A stretch of DNA of 64,000 nt from the NCBI GenBank assembly GCA_938083005.1, contig CALKCU010000016.1, positions 4,285-68,284 of the forward strand. Reading direction: 5' to 3'. The notes beneath the pieces were generated by a model. It saw only the letters and a program-made list of their open reading frames with translations, made no database searches and was not told where the DNA came from. The translations under genes and the position numbers were made by a program. This DNA comes from an uncultured Sulfolobales archaeon. Lineage in GTDB: Archaea; Thermoproteota; Thermoprotei_A; Sulfolobales; NBVN01. This document shows, piece after piece, positions 20,397 to 28,240 of this stretch. Numbering within the stretch: position 1 is the first letter of the stretch; each line of letters begins with the position of its first letter.

Positions 20397-20630
20397 ATGG
20401 GTAAGGTGTATACTTCCGTGGTTAAGAGAGCCGCTCGGAAGCTGCTGGAGCTGTACCCGGGGGAGGTCTCGGAGGATTTCGAGAAGAACAAAGAGCTGGT
20501 GTCCAAGTACCTAGACGTCAAGTCTAAGAAGCTCAGAAACCAGGTAGCCGGCTACCTGACGCGACTAGTCAAGCTCTCGAAGAAGGCCGAGGTCCTCCCG
20601 CAGGAAGCGGAGATCTCGGATGAGGGTTAG
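20397..20630 (+). CDS. rps17e: 30S ribosomal protein S17e
   Basis: MGKVYTSVVKRAARKLLELYP is the typical S17e N-terminus. 77 aa. Confidence 0.9.
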   Translation: MGKVYTSVVKRAARKLLELYPGEVSEDFEKNKELVSKYLDVKSKKLRNQVAGYLTRLVKLSKKAEVLPQEAEISDEG

Positions 20631-21372
20631 GATCGAGCTTTACGGGTTCCTGAGAAACCTGGCCGGGTCGGGCGAGGTCGTGGTAGAGGTCCCGGACAGC
20701 TCTACCCTAGGGGAGGTCCTCTCCGCGGCTTCGGCCAGAGTCCCGGAGCTCCAAGAGGCTGTCGACCAGCAGGGGAGGCTCAAACCCTACTTCCTTCTCT
20801 TCGTTAACGAGGTCGACTACGCGCTCCTGGGGGGGTACGACTACGTGGTGAGGGACGGGGACTCCCTCCAGATACTCCCCATAAGCCACGGCGGGTCCAT
20901 CGCTCCCCTGGTGGAGTACCTTGAACGAATAAGCTCGGTGAGAGTGCTCGCGTGCATGGTCGACGAGAGGCTCGCAGAGCTCCTGCTGGGCTACGTAGAC
21001 TCGGTCAACGAGGGGTGCGTGGCGCAGGTACTACCGAGGAGGTACTATTACGGGACCGGGTACTCGGCCCTAGCGGCCTACCTGGCTCTCCGCTCCATGG
21101 AGCTCGGGATCAACGTAAGCAAAAAGAAGTCCCTGGAGTTCTTGCTCTACTACTTTGGGGACAGGCAGATAGGCAACGTGCTCAAGCTTCTCAGGAGTGA
21201 TCGCTCGAGGGAGTACGTGGCCGTCTACGCGTGCTTACCGGAGGCGGAGAGCTCGGGAGACCCCTTTGTCAGGTCCATCGCCGATCGCTGCGAACCCCCA
21301 GAAGAGCCCCGGAGCGTGCCTGTGGAGACCGTAGAGAGGCTGGCGCACGGTATGCTCAAGATAATCTCGTGA
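20620..21372 (+). CDS. MoaD/ThiS-like ubiquitin-fold domain fused to KEOPS subunit Cgi121
   Basis: Residues 1-92 look like a beta-grasp MoaD/ThiS protein ending in ...LQILPISHGG. The C-terminal part carries SLEFLLYYFGDRQIGNVLKLL, resembling the Cgi121 motif (M. jannaschii ...SFWMEILVRASGQRQIHEAIKII, from memory). Confidence 0.7.
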   Translation: MRVRIELYGFLRNLAGSGEVVVEVPDSSTLGEVLSAASARVPELQEAVDQQGRLKPYFLLFVNEVDYALLGGYDYVVRDGDSLQILPISHGGSIAPLVEYLERISSVRVLACMVDERLAELLLGYVDSVNEGCVAQVLPRRYYYGTGYSALAAYLALRSMELGINVSKKKSLEFLLYYFGDRQIGNVLKLLRSDRSREYVAVYACLPEAESSGDPFVRSIADRCEPPEEPRSVPVETVERLAHGMLKIIS

Positions 21373-21450
21373 CCACACCTCTAGGCTCGGGGATCTTGGG
21401 GTCCGAAAGCTTAAAAAACCCGATCGGAGAGGTTACTTGAGTGGTCCCCC

Positions 21451-21531
21451 ATGTTCGAAGAGGAGGAGTGGTGGGAGGAAGAGGAGGAGTGGTGGGAGGA
21501 GGAAGAGGAGGAAGAGGAGTGGGAGGAGTAA
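21451..21531 (+). CDS. 26-codon Glu/Trp micro-ORF (MFEEEEWWEEEEEWWEEEEEEEEWEE), hypothetical
   Basis: ATG at 21451 and TAA at 21529-21531. A TATA-like ttaaaaaa lies at about 21410-21417 and a T5 run at about 21554 downstream. Coding status is unproven. Confidence 0.3.
   Translation: MFEEEEWWEEEEEWWEEEEEEEEWEE
21457..21498 (+). repeat. perfect 2 x 21-nt tandem repeat (gaagaggaggagtggtgggag)
   Basis: Read directly from the sequence. Followed by a degenerate GAG/GAA/TGG continuation to 21528. Confidence 0.9.
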
Positions 21532-21620
21532 TCAGGCTTCTGCCACCGGTCCGTTTTTAGGTTTAAAGCCGCCCTCCGCGTACATTCTCCCAGCCCTCCG
21601 GCCACTGCGGGGATAGGCTC

Positions 21621-23441
21621 TTGGTCCGGGTAGCCACCGTCGAGAGGGACCTGTGCAATCCGAGAAAATGCCAGCTCGAGTGCGTTAGGTTCTGCCCCAT
21701 CAACAGAACGGGCAAGAAGGCCATCGAGGTCCCCCAGGATCTAGGTAAGGCGGTGATATACGAGGAGGTATGCGTGGGGTGCGGTATCTGCGTCAAGAAG
21801 TGCCCGTTCCATGCCATCACAGTGGTGAACCTGCCAGACGAGCTTGAGAAGTACGTAGTCCACAGGTACGGGCCGAACGCCTTCAAGCTCTACGGGCTCC
21901 CGGTGCCGCAGGAGGGCAGGGTAGTCGGTGTCATAGGTAGAAACGGGATCGGCAAGACGACGGCTCTCAGGATACTCGCGGGCGAGATGGTTCCGAACCT
22001 TGGCGATCTCGGCTCGGAGCCGAGCTGGGACGAGGTCATCAAGTTCTTTAAGGGCTCCGAGCTCCACAACTACTTCCACAGACTCGCGAATGGGAGGATC
22101 AGGGTAGTGCACAAGATCCAGCACGTCGACGCTGTGAGGGTCTATGTCAAGGGGTACGTAGGGGAGGTGCTCAAGAGGATAGACGAGAGGGGTATCCTGG
22201 GAGAGCTCAAGAAGGCTCTCGATATAGAGCCCCTGCTCGACAAGAGAGTGCCCACGCTGAGCGGCGGAGAGCTGCAGAAAGTGACTGTAGCGGCGGCCCT
22301 CCTCAGGGCCGCCGACGTGTACATGTTCGACGAGCCCGCCAGCTATCTCGATGTCAGGGAGAGGCTGAGGGTCAGCAGAGCCATAAGGAGGTACGTCCCT
22401 AGCGGGGCGTACGCGATTGTCGTGGAGCACGATCTGACGGTGGTAGACTACATCGCTGACCTCGTCTCCATAGTCTACGGGGAGCCCGGAGTCTACGGGG
22501 TATACTCGAAGCTCTACTCCGTCGGGTCGGGAGTCAATCACTTCCTCGGAGGCTATCTCCCCGCCGAGAACATGAGGATACGCTCGGAGCCCGTGGTCTT
22601 CAACATGAGGCCGGAGCAGCGCGCGATCGAGGTGGAGCAGAGGCAAGTCTACCTCGTGTGGCCGGAGATGTCGAAGTCCCTTGACGGCTTCACTCTCAGC
22701 ATCGACCAGGGAGAGATAAGGGTCGGGGAGGTGGTGGGGATAGTGGGTCCCAACGGGATCGGCAAGACGACCTTCGCCCGCCTGATAGTGGGCGAGATAG
22801 AGCCGGACTCGGGGTACGTACCGTTCAGGGGGCTGAGGATATCGTACAAGCCTCAGTACATAAAGGGGGAGGAGTACCCTTGGGAGTACGTGGGGGAAGC
22901 CCTCGAGAGCATCACCAAGGAGGGGATAGCCTCCAGTGAGTGGTTTGCTGATGAGGTGGTGAGGAAGTTCAAGCTCCACAAGCTTAAGGAGAAGAGGATC
23001 GGGGAGCTCAGCGGCGGTGAGCTCCAGAAGTTCTCAATAGCCGTAGCCCTAGCAAGGGACGCCGAGCTCTACGTACTCGACGAGCCGTCAGCCTTCCTCG
23101 ACGTGGACGAGAGGCTAGCTGTGGCTAGGGCCGTAAGGAAGATAATTGAGGGGAGGAGAGCGGCGTGCCTGGTCGTAGACCACGACCTGATGCTGATAGA
23201 CTACATATCGGACAGGCTCATAGTGTTCTCGGGCGAGCCGGGGGTCAGGGGGAGGAGTTTCGGACCCGTTGACGTGAGGAGAGGGATGAACTCGCTCCTT
23301 AGGGAGCTCGAGGTGACGTTCAGGAGAGACGTGAGGACCGGGAGGCCGAGGATCAATAAGCCTGACTCGTACCTAGACAGGTACCTCAAGAGCGTCGGGG
23401 AGTACTACTACACCAAGCCGATGGAAGAGGGAGAGCGGTAG
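21621..23441 (+). CDS. ABCE1 / RNase L inhibitor (ribosome recycling ATPase)
   Basis: 606 aa with N-terminal Fe-S domain (CNPRKCQLECVRFCP, CVGCGICVKKCP) followed by two ABC ATPase domains. Confidence 0.95.
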   Translation: MVRVATVERDLCNPRKCQLECVRFCPINRTGKKAIEVPQDLGKAVIYEEVCVGCGICVKKCPFHAITVVNLPDELEKYVVHRYGPNAFKLYGLPVPQEGRVVGVIGRNGIGKTTALRILAGEMVPNLGDLGSEPSWDEVIKFFKGSELHNYFHRLANGRIRVVHKIQHVDAVRVYVKGYVGEVLKRIDERGILGELKKALDIEPLLDKRVPTLSGGELQKVTVAAALLRAADVYMFDEPASYLDVRERLRVSRAIRRYVPSGAYAIVVEHDLTVVDYIADLVSIVYGEPGVYGVYSKLYSVGSGVNHFLGGYLPAENMRIRSEPVVFNMRPEQRAIEVEQRQVYLVWPEMSKSLDGFTLSIDQGEIRVGEVVGIVGPNGIGKTTFARLIVGEIEPDSGYVPFRGLRISYKPQYIKGEEYPWEYVGEALESITKEGIASSEWFADEVVRKFKLHKLKEKRIGELSGGELQKFSIAVALARDAELYVLDEPSAFLDVDERLAVARAVRKIIEGRRAACLVVDHDLMLIDYISDRLIVFSGEPGVRGRSFGPVDVRRGMNSLLRELEVTFRRDVRTGRPRINKPDSYLDRYLKSVGEYYYTKPMEEGER

Positions 23442-23472
23442 CACCGACTCGAGGTCCCCGGAGATCCGATCG

Positions 23473-24438
23473 CTAGAAGGGCAGCCGGGCGGGCAGTCCG
23501 ATCTTCTGCAGCAGGTCGCAGAGCACGCACGTCCTCCTGCTGTAGGCTGTGGGCGAGCCGCATACGGAGCACTGGGGCAGCTCTCCCAGCCTCGACGCCT
23601 CCGGTAGCAGCTCCCTCTCAACGTACCTGTCCACAGCCTCGAGTATCCTGAGGAGGGAGCCGGGCCTAGCTCTCTCCACCTCGTAGAGATAGTCCCGCAC
23701 TACGGCCCTCAGCGTAGGTCTGAACCTGATGTAGGGACACTCCGTCTCCTGGAACTTGAAACCCCTCATGAACGCGTAGACAGCGGTCTCCCACTCGTAT
23801 ATCTTCCTGAGGGGCTTGACCCTCTTGACGAAGTACCTACTAAGTGTGGGGCTCAGCGGGTGCCCCTGTATAAGCCTTACTCTGTCGCCCCTCAGCAGGT
23901 TCATCACGTAGGTCTGGACCTCGTCGTCCAGGTTGTGAGCGGTCAGCACCCTGTCGTAGCCCAGGGTCCTCGCGTAGTGGTTTATTATCCTCCTCCTCAA
24001 CACACCGCAGTACGTGCAGGGGCTAGTCTTCAGCCCCCTCGACCTATCCAGGGAGACTAGCTCGTCTAAGCCGAGGCCCGCGAACTCCTTAAAGGATGCC
24101 ACATGGAGGTCTATGCCGTAACTCCTCGCGACGTCCGCTATCCAGGCCACGTCGTCCGCTCGGTTGTAGCCCTCTACTCCCTCTATCACCGTCACTATGC
24201 CCATCCTCCCAGGATCGTGCACCTCCTTGACCAGATCCAGGAGGACGAAGCTGTCCTTGCCCCCCGAGAGTGCTAGGAGCACTCTCTCGCTGGGGGAGAA
24301 CATCCTATACCTCTCGACCTCCTCCCCCAGCCTCCTCAGCAAGTCCTCTCTGAAGCACCTACTACACAGCGCCCTCCCGGTATGCCTTTGCGCGACCCTG
24401 GCCTCGGCCTCCCCGCACGCGTCGCAGCGCCTGATCAA
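23473..24438 (-). CDS. tRNA 2-thiolation PP-loop ATPase (TtuA/NcsA family)
   Basis: N-terminal CxxC...CxxC, PP-loop LALSGGKDS and a C-terminal Cys pair (CSVCGSP...CVLC). Confidence 0.85.
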   Translation of the reverse strand: MIRRCDACGEAEARVAQRHTGRALCSRCFREDLLRRLGEEVERYRMFSPSERVLLALSGGKDSFVLLDLVKEVHDPGRMGIVTVIEGVEGYNRADDVAWIADVARSYGIDLHVASFKEFAGLGLDELVSLDRSRGLKTSPCTYCGVLRRRIINHYARTLGYDRVLTAHNLDDEVQTYVMNLLRGDRVRLIQGHPLSPTLSRYFVKRVKPLRKIYEWETAVYAFMRGFKFQETECPYIRFRPTLRAVVRDYLYEVERARPGSLLRILEAVDRYVERELLPEASRLGELPQCSVCGSPTAYSRRTCVLCDLLQKIGLPARLPF

Positions 24439-24520
24439 GGTCCCAAGCGTAGTGCTCTGGCCAGCTTTAAGCGTCTCAAAGCTTTTATTGAGGTCGCTGG
24501 GGATCGTCGGGGGGTACGAC

Positions 24521-24754
24521 GTGGGGGTAGAGCCCTACGTTAGGCCTCCGCGCCTGGTGAAGGAGAGGGGGATAGTCAAGAACCTTCGGCGCGGTCGCGG
24601 CTTCAGCAAGTGCGAGGTCGAGAAGGCCGGTCTCGCCGTAGAGAGTGCGAGGTCCATGGGGATACCGGTGGATGCGAGGAGGAGATCGTGCCACGAGTGG
24701 AATGTTAAAGCACTCCTGGAGCTCCTGGCTCGCGGCTCCACCCCCGCCAGCTAG
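24521..24754 (+). CDS. rpl13e: 50S ribosomal protein L13e
   Basis: RPPRLVKERG...RRGRGFSKCEVEKAGL...GIPVDARRRS resembles archaeal L13e. GTG at 24521 is about 32 nt after the TATA box gcttttattg. The upstream part of the track ORF (24197-) is antisense to the thiolase gene. Confidence 0.75.
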   Translation: MGVEPYVRPPRLVKERGIVKNLRRGRGFSKCEVEKAGLAVESARSMGIPVDARRRSCHEWNVKALLELLARGSTPAS

Positions 24755-24766
24755 CCGGGCGCAGGG

Positions 24767-25066
24767 TCAGTCGCTGCCTTCTATAGTGAGAGCCGCCCGG
24801 CTATGCCGAGAGACCTCTCCGCCGGCCTCCTCCAGCGCGAGGCCTTCGGCCAGCGCGAGGGCTCTGCGAAGCTTCTCACCTAGCCTCGTCATCCTGTAGG
24901 CCCTGCGGCACCCGTCGGATCCCGCGGGCTCCACGATCCCTAGCTCTTCGAGGACCCGGAGAGCAGCGAGGACCTCGCACTCCGTCATTCCGGCATCCGC
25001 TGCCACATCCTCCGCGGTGAAGAGCCCCGCATTCATGGAGTCCAGCAGTCTCTTGATCCTGCTCAC
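24767..25066 (-). CDS. small winged-helix transcriptional regulator
   Basis: 99 aa. FTAEDVAADAGMTECEVLAALRVLEELGIVE is a wHTH-like segment. Divergent from the pilus-like operon. Confidence 0.6.
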   Translation of the reverse strand: MSRIKRLLDSMNAGLFTAEDVAADAGMTECEVLAALRVLEELGIVEPAGSDGCRRAYRMTRLGEKLRRALALAEGLALEEAGGEVSRHSRAALTIEGSD

Positions 25067-25375
25067 TCCGGGCCCTTAGCGATCCTCGGGAAGACGGTGA
25101 GTTTTAAAGCGGCAGGACCATTAGCCGGAGACCGTTCGTCTCTGGATGCCCGGCGCACTCAGGGACTTCTGCCTCGCCCGCGGATGCTCCGCTACTCCCC
25201 GCACAATCATGAGCAGCCGTAGAACCAGCGGAGCGGTGCTCCCATCGTCCCCGGCCAGGAGTAGGAGAGGCTTTCTTAAGAACGCCGCACCGCTGAAGAA
25301 GCGGCCCATTTCCGGCACACATGCCCCTGGATAGCGCGGACCTCTTTTTAAGGGGAGCTCCTATTGGGAACAGAC

Positions 25376-25822
25376 ATGGCTGTAGAGAGGGGGTTGAGAA
25401 GGGGGGTAAGCGAGCTGGTGATAGTGCTAGCCCTCATAGCGATAATAATCCCCATAGTGATGGTGCTTCAGGGATGGCTCTCTAGCAGAGCGGGAAGCCT
25501 CGAGGGCATCAACGTTATCCAGCCCCTCAGCGGGTATGTGATCAGCAGAACCTACACGGACGGTAGGGAGGTCATTACGATAGGTCTGCGTAACCAGGGT
25601 CAGACCTCGTACGAGGTGAAGGGCTTCAAGGCCGTGCTGGTGAACGGGTCTGTGAGAGACGTAGAGTGGTCCAGCAGCACTGCCGGCACCGTACTAGAGC
25701 CGGGTAGTGAGAGGGTATTCGTCATCACCGTCTCCTCAGGCTCGACTAGGGTCAAGAGCATTGTAGTGACAGCGAGCGAGATTGCCACCGGAAAGCGCGT
25801 CGAGACTTCGATAAACCTGTGA
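25376..25822 (+). CDS. prepilin-like protein with class III (type IV pilin-like) signal peptide
   Basis: MAVERGLRRG|VSELVIVLALIAIIIPIVMVL: a charged n-region, Gly, then a long hydrophobic helix. ATG at 25376 is 27 nt after the TATA box ctttttaagg. The track start is a TTG at 25364. Confidence 0.55.
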   Translation: MAVERGLRRGVSELVIVLALIAIIIPIVMVLQGWLSSRAGSLEGINVIQPLSGYVISRTYTDGREVITIGLRNQGQTSYEVKGFKAVLVNGSVRDVEWSSSTAGTVLEPGSERVFVITVSSGSTRVKSIVVTASEIATGKRVETSINL

Positions 25823-25978
25823 GAGGCCTAGCGCCCCCGAACACAAACCCAGGGGTGTTTTTAGCTGGAGGTCCTCCTCAGCTACAACGTCGGGCTTTCC
25901 TCCATAAGCATAGTCAGAGACCCCTCCGGGAACTACCACTACCTCGTCAGCGACATAGACCCGGAGAAGTACGAGGCC

Positions 25979-28240
25979 GTGGCGAGGCTCGTTAGCAAGG
26001 CCCTGGAGCTCGTAGACCCGAGGAGGAGCGCGGGAGTCTACGACGTCACCAAGGCCGTGCTTGCGTACCTCAAGGGCTACGACCCGGAGCTCGTATCATA
26101 CGTGGTAAGCAGGGAGCTCAAGTACAAGAAGCTCCAAGTCCTCGTCGACGACCCCTACGTGGAGGACGTATCGATAGTCGGCCCGGGACCGGTTTGGGTT
26201 AGGCACAAGTACGTGCTCGAGAGGGATCCCTCGGCTGACTACATCGAGACGAACATCGTGATATCCTCCCACGAGGAGCTGATGAGCTATATGGAGCTCA
26301 TAGCCGAGAGGTCCGGCAGAGTGGTGAATAGGAAGGCCCTCGTCATGGACTTCACACTCCCCGAGGAGGACGGCGGTCACAGAGTCCACCTAGTCCTGCC
26401 CGACGTGGCCCACCCGACCGGGGAGGTGGTCATTAGGAAGAAGGTTCACCACGGCTCTGTAGACCTCGACGTCCTCGTTAAGACCGGGACCGTGCCGGAG
26501 CCTGTGGCTGAGCTGGTAAAGCTCGTTGTCAGGAGGGGCGGGTCCCTGGTAATCCTCGGACCCCCGGGGTCTGGTAAGACCACCTTGCTCAAGGCCATAC
26601 TGTACTCGGTCATCCCCAGGCACTGGAAGATAGCGATAATCGAAGACACTCCCGAGGTGGACGTGCCGAAGGGCGCCAGCTGGGTCAGGTACGCTGTGCC
26701 CGCCAACGTCTGGGGTTCTGATAGGGGGGTGGACCAGATGGCCTTAGCTAAGGCTGCTCTCAGGGCCTCGGTCAGCCGGTTCCTGGTCATCGGCGAGACC
26801 CGGGGCGCCGAGGCGAAGGTGCTGGCCCAGGCTATGAACATGGGGCTGGGCGGTCTATGCCTGCCGAGAGACCAGCTGGTCCTGGCAAGGGTCGACGGGC
26901 GGGTGGACCTCTACGAGATCGGAGAGTTGGTGGACGGAGTGTTGAGGGGCGACTACGGCAGAGTAGAAGTCGTAGCGCCCGGACCAGATCTCGAGCCGAC
27001 GTGGCGACCGATATCCGCGGTGGTCGTGAAGAGGGGGTCCGGCAGGTTCGTGAGGGTCGAGGTCGACGGCGGAGCCGTGCACGAGGTCCACGAAGAGCAC
27101 ATCGTCGTCGTAGCGGGCAGAGGATCGGGTCTAGAATTCAAGAGAGCGAGAGAGCTCGAGCCCGGCGACCTGCTGATAGCGCTCCCCCATCCCCCCAGAT
27201 CGACCAGCGAGAATGCCTTCGTGGAGGTCCCGGTGCTCACCGGAGACCCGGGATCCGGACCCCCCAGCGCGCCCGCTCCGCTAACGAGCCAGGCCATCCA
27301 CCTGAGGCTTAGCAAGAGCCTGGGGTACGTCGTGGGAGCCTACCTGGCGGCGGGCTCCCTCGCGGGGGACCGCTCTGGGGTCCCGGTGGGAGTTCGGTTC
27401 GACGTCAGCGCGGACGCTTTGAGCAAGCTTCTCGCGTCCCTGGAGGGCGTGGGTCTCAAAAGCGCCGAGATCGAGACCGCCAGTGCCCCGCTCGGGGGCT
27501 TTGCCCGTGTGGTCGCGAGGTCCCGGGTCCTGGCCCAGCTACTCGCCCGCATCGCGGGCGAAGACTCCGACGCCAAGCGCGTGCCACTGAATCTAGCCCT
27601 CGAATCGGGTAGGGAGTTCAGAGCGGGCCTGGTGGAGGGATACCTCGAGAGCTCTCGGAGCCCGCGCACGGGGGATGGTATCGGGATGCGCGCGCCGAGC
27701 CGGAAGCTGGCGGAGTCCCTAGCCCTCGTCCTCAAGACCTTCGGTCTGCAGCCCTCGGTTAGGAGCTCTGAGTCGGGCGACTACGAGATCCTCGCCGAGG
27801 AGGGGGAGGTCAGGAGGCTTCTAGCGAGCCCCGAGTGCGGTGGCGGGCCGGTGCTGCTGAGGGTCAGGAGGGTGGAGGTGGTCGAGAAGGAGAGTCTGCT
27901 GTACGACGTCGAGGTCCCGGGAGCTCACCTCTACGCCATTTCGGGCTCCCTGATACTGACTCACAACACGACATTCCACGCGGGCTCGCCCGAGGAGGCT
28001 ATCGTCAGGCTCACCTCGCCCCCGATAGAGCTGGCCCCGCAGCAGCTCGCCATGATCTGGCTCTTCGTCACGCTGGGCTTCCTCGAGGGGGAGGGGTTGA
28101 GGAGGGTCGTCGTCAGGGTCGACGAGCCGGTGCTCAAGTCGAGCACTCTGGTCCTCAACACGATCTACAGATACGGTGAGGAGGTGGACCTGGAGACGCT
28201 TACCAAGAGGTTTACTAGAGCGAGAGACCTATGGGTCTAG
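25979..28240 (+). CDS. PilB/FlaI/VirB11-family secretion ATPase, intein-containing
   Basis: DPYVEDVSIVGPG, Walker A ILGPPGSGKTTLLKA, IIEDTPE, VIGETRG, and AQAMNMGLGGL[intein]TTFHAGS (compare FlaI QAMQTGHSVMATFHA, from memory). A homologous-looking N-terminal extension lies upstream of the GTG start (see findings). Confidence 0.85.
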   Translation: MARLVSKALELVDPRRSAGVYDVTKAVLAYLKGYDPELVSYVVSRELKYKKLQVLVDDPYVEDVSIVGPGPVWVRHKYVLERDPSADYIETNIVISSHEELMSYMELIAERSGRVVNRKALVMDFTLPEEDGGHRVHLVLPDVAHPTGEVVIRKKVHHGSVDLDVLVKTGTVPEPVAELVKLVVRRGGSLVILGPPGSGKTTLLKAILYSVIPRHWKIAIIEDTPEVDVPKGASWVRYAVPANVWGSDRGVDQMALAKAALRASVSRFLVIGETRGAEAKVLAQAMNMGLGGLCLPRDQLVLARVDGRVDLYEIGELVDGVLRGDYGRVEVVAPGPDLEPTWRPISAVVVKRGSGRFVRVEVDGGAVHEVHEEHIVVVAGRGSGLEFKRARELEPGDLLIALPHPPRSTSENAFVEVPVLTGDPGSGPPSAPAPLTSQAIHLRLSKSLGYVVGAYLAAGSLAGDRSGVPVGVRFDVSADALSKLLASLEGVGLKSAEIETASAPLGGFARVVARSRVLAQLLARIAGEDSDAKRVPLNLALESGREFRAGLVEGYLESSRSPRTGDGIGMRAPSRKLAESLALVLKTFGLQPSVRSSESGDYEILAEEGEVRRLLASPECGGGPVLLRVRRVEVVEKESLLYDVEVPGAHLYAISGSLILTHNTTFHAGSPEEAIVRLTSPPIELAPQQLAMIWLFVTLGFLEGEGLRRVVVRVDEPVLKSSTLVLNTIYRYGEEVDLETLTKRFTRARDLWV
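26858..27967 (+). mobile_element. 370-aa intein with LAGLIDADG homing-endonuclease domain
   Basis: Begins with Cys (CLPRDQLVLARVDG) and ends ...LYDVEVPGAHLYAISGSLILTHN, followed by Thr(+1). Two LAGLIDADG-like motifs (LGYVVGAYLAAGS, FRAGLVEGYLESS). Removal restores a contiguous conserved ATPase motif. Confidence 0.85.

Noticed and set aside
21411-21605. 64-aa Ser/His-rich minus-strand ORF (SSSSSSSSHHSSSSSHHSSSS).
   Set aside because: It is simply the antisense reading of the GAG/TGG tandem repeat. It has no promoter or start context, and the plus-strand micro-ORF has the better-placed TATA and T-tract.
21741-22979. 412-aa minus-strand ORF, together with similar long antisense ORFs at 3122-4054, 4002-4865, 18026-18454, 19395-19802 and 62871-63500.
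   Set aside because: Each lies fully antisense to a gene with unmistakable homology (ABCE1, gatD, gatE, AOR, TFB, S8e/SRP19). The translations are Arg/Pro/His/Gly-rich and motif-free, the expected artefact of high GC content with rare stop codons.
24197-24520. N-terminal 108 codons of the 185-aa ORF containing L13e.
   Set aside because: This part is antisense to the TtuA/NcsA gene and Ser/Leu-rich. L13e homology begins at about 24530, and a GTG with a TATA box at the correct spacing is at 24521.
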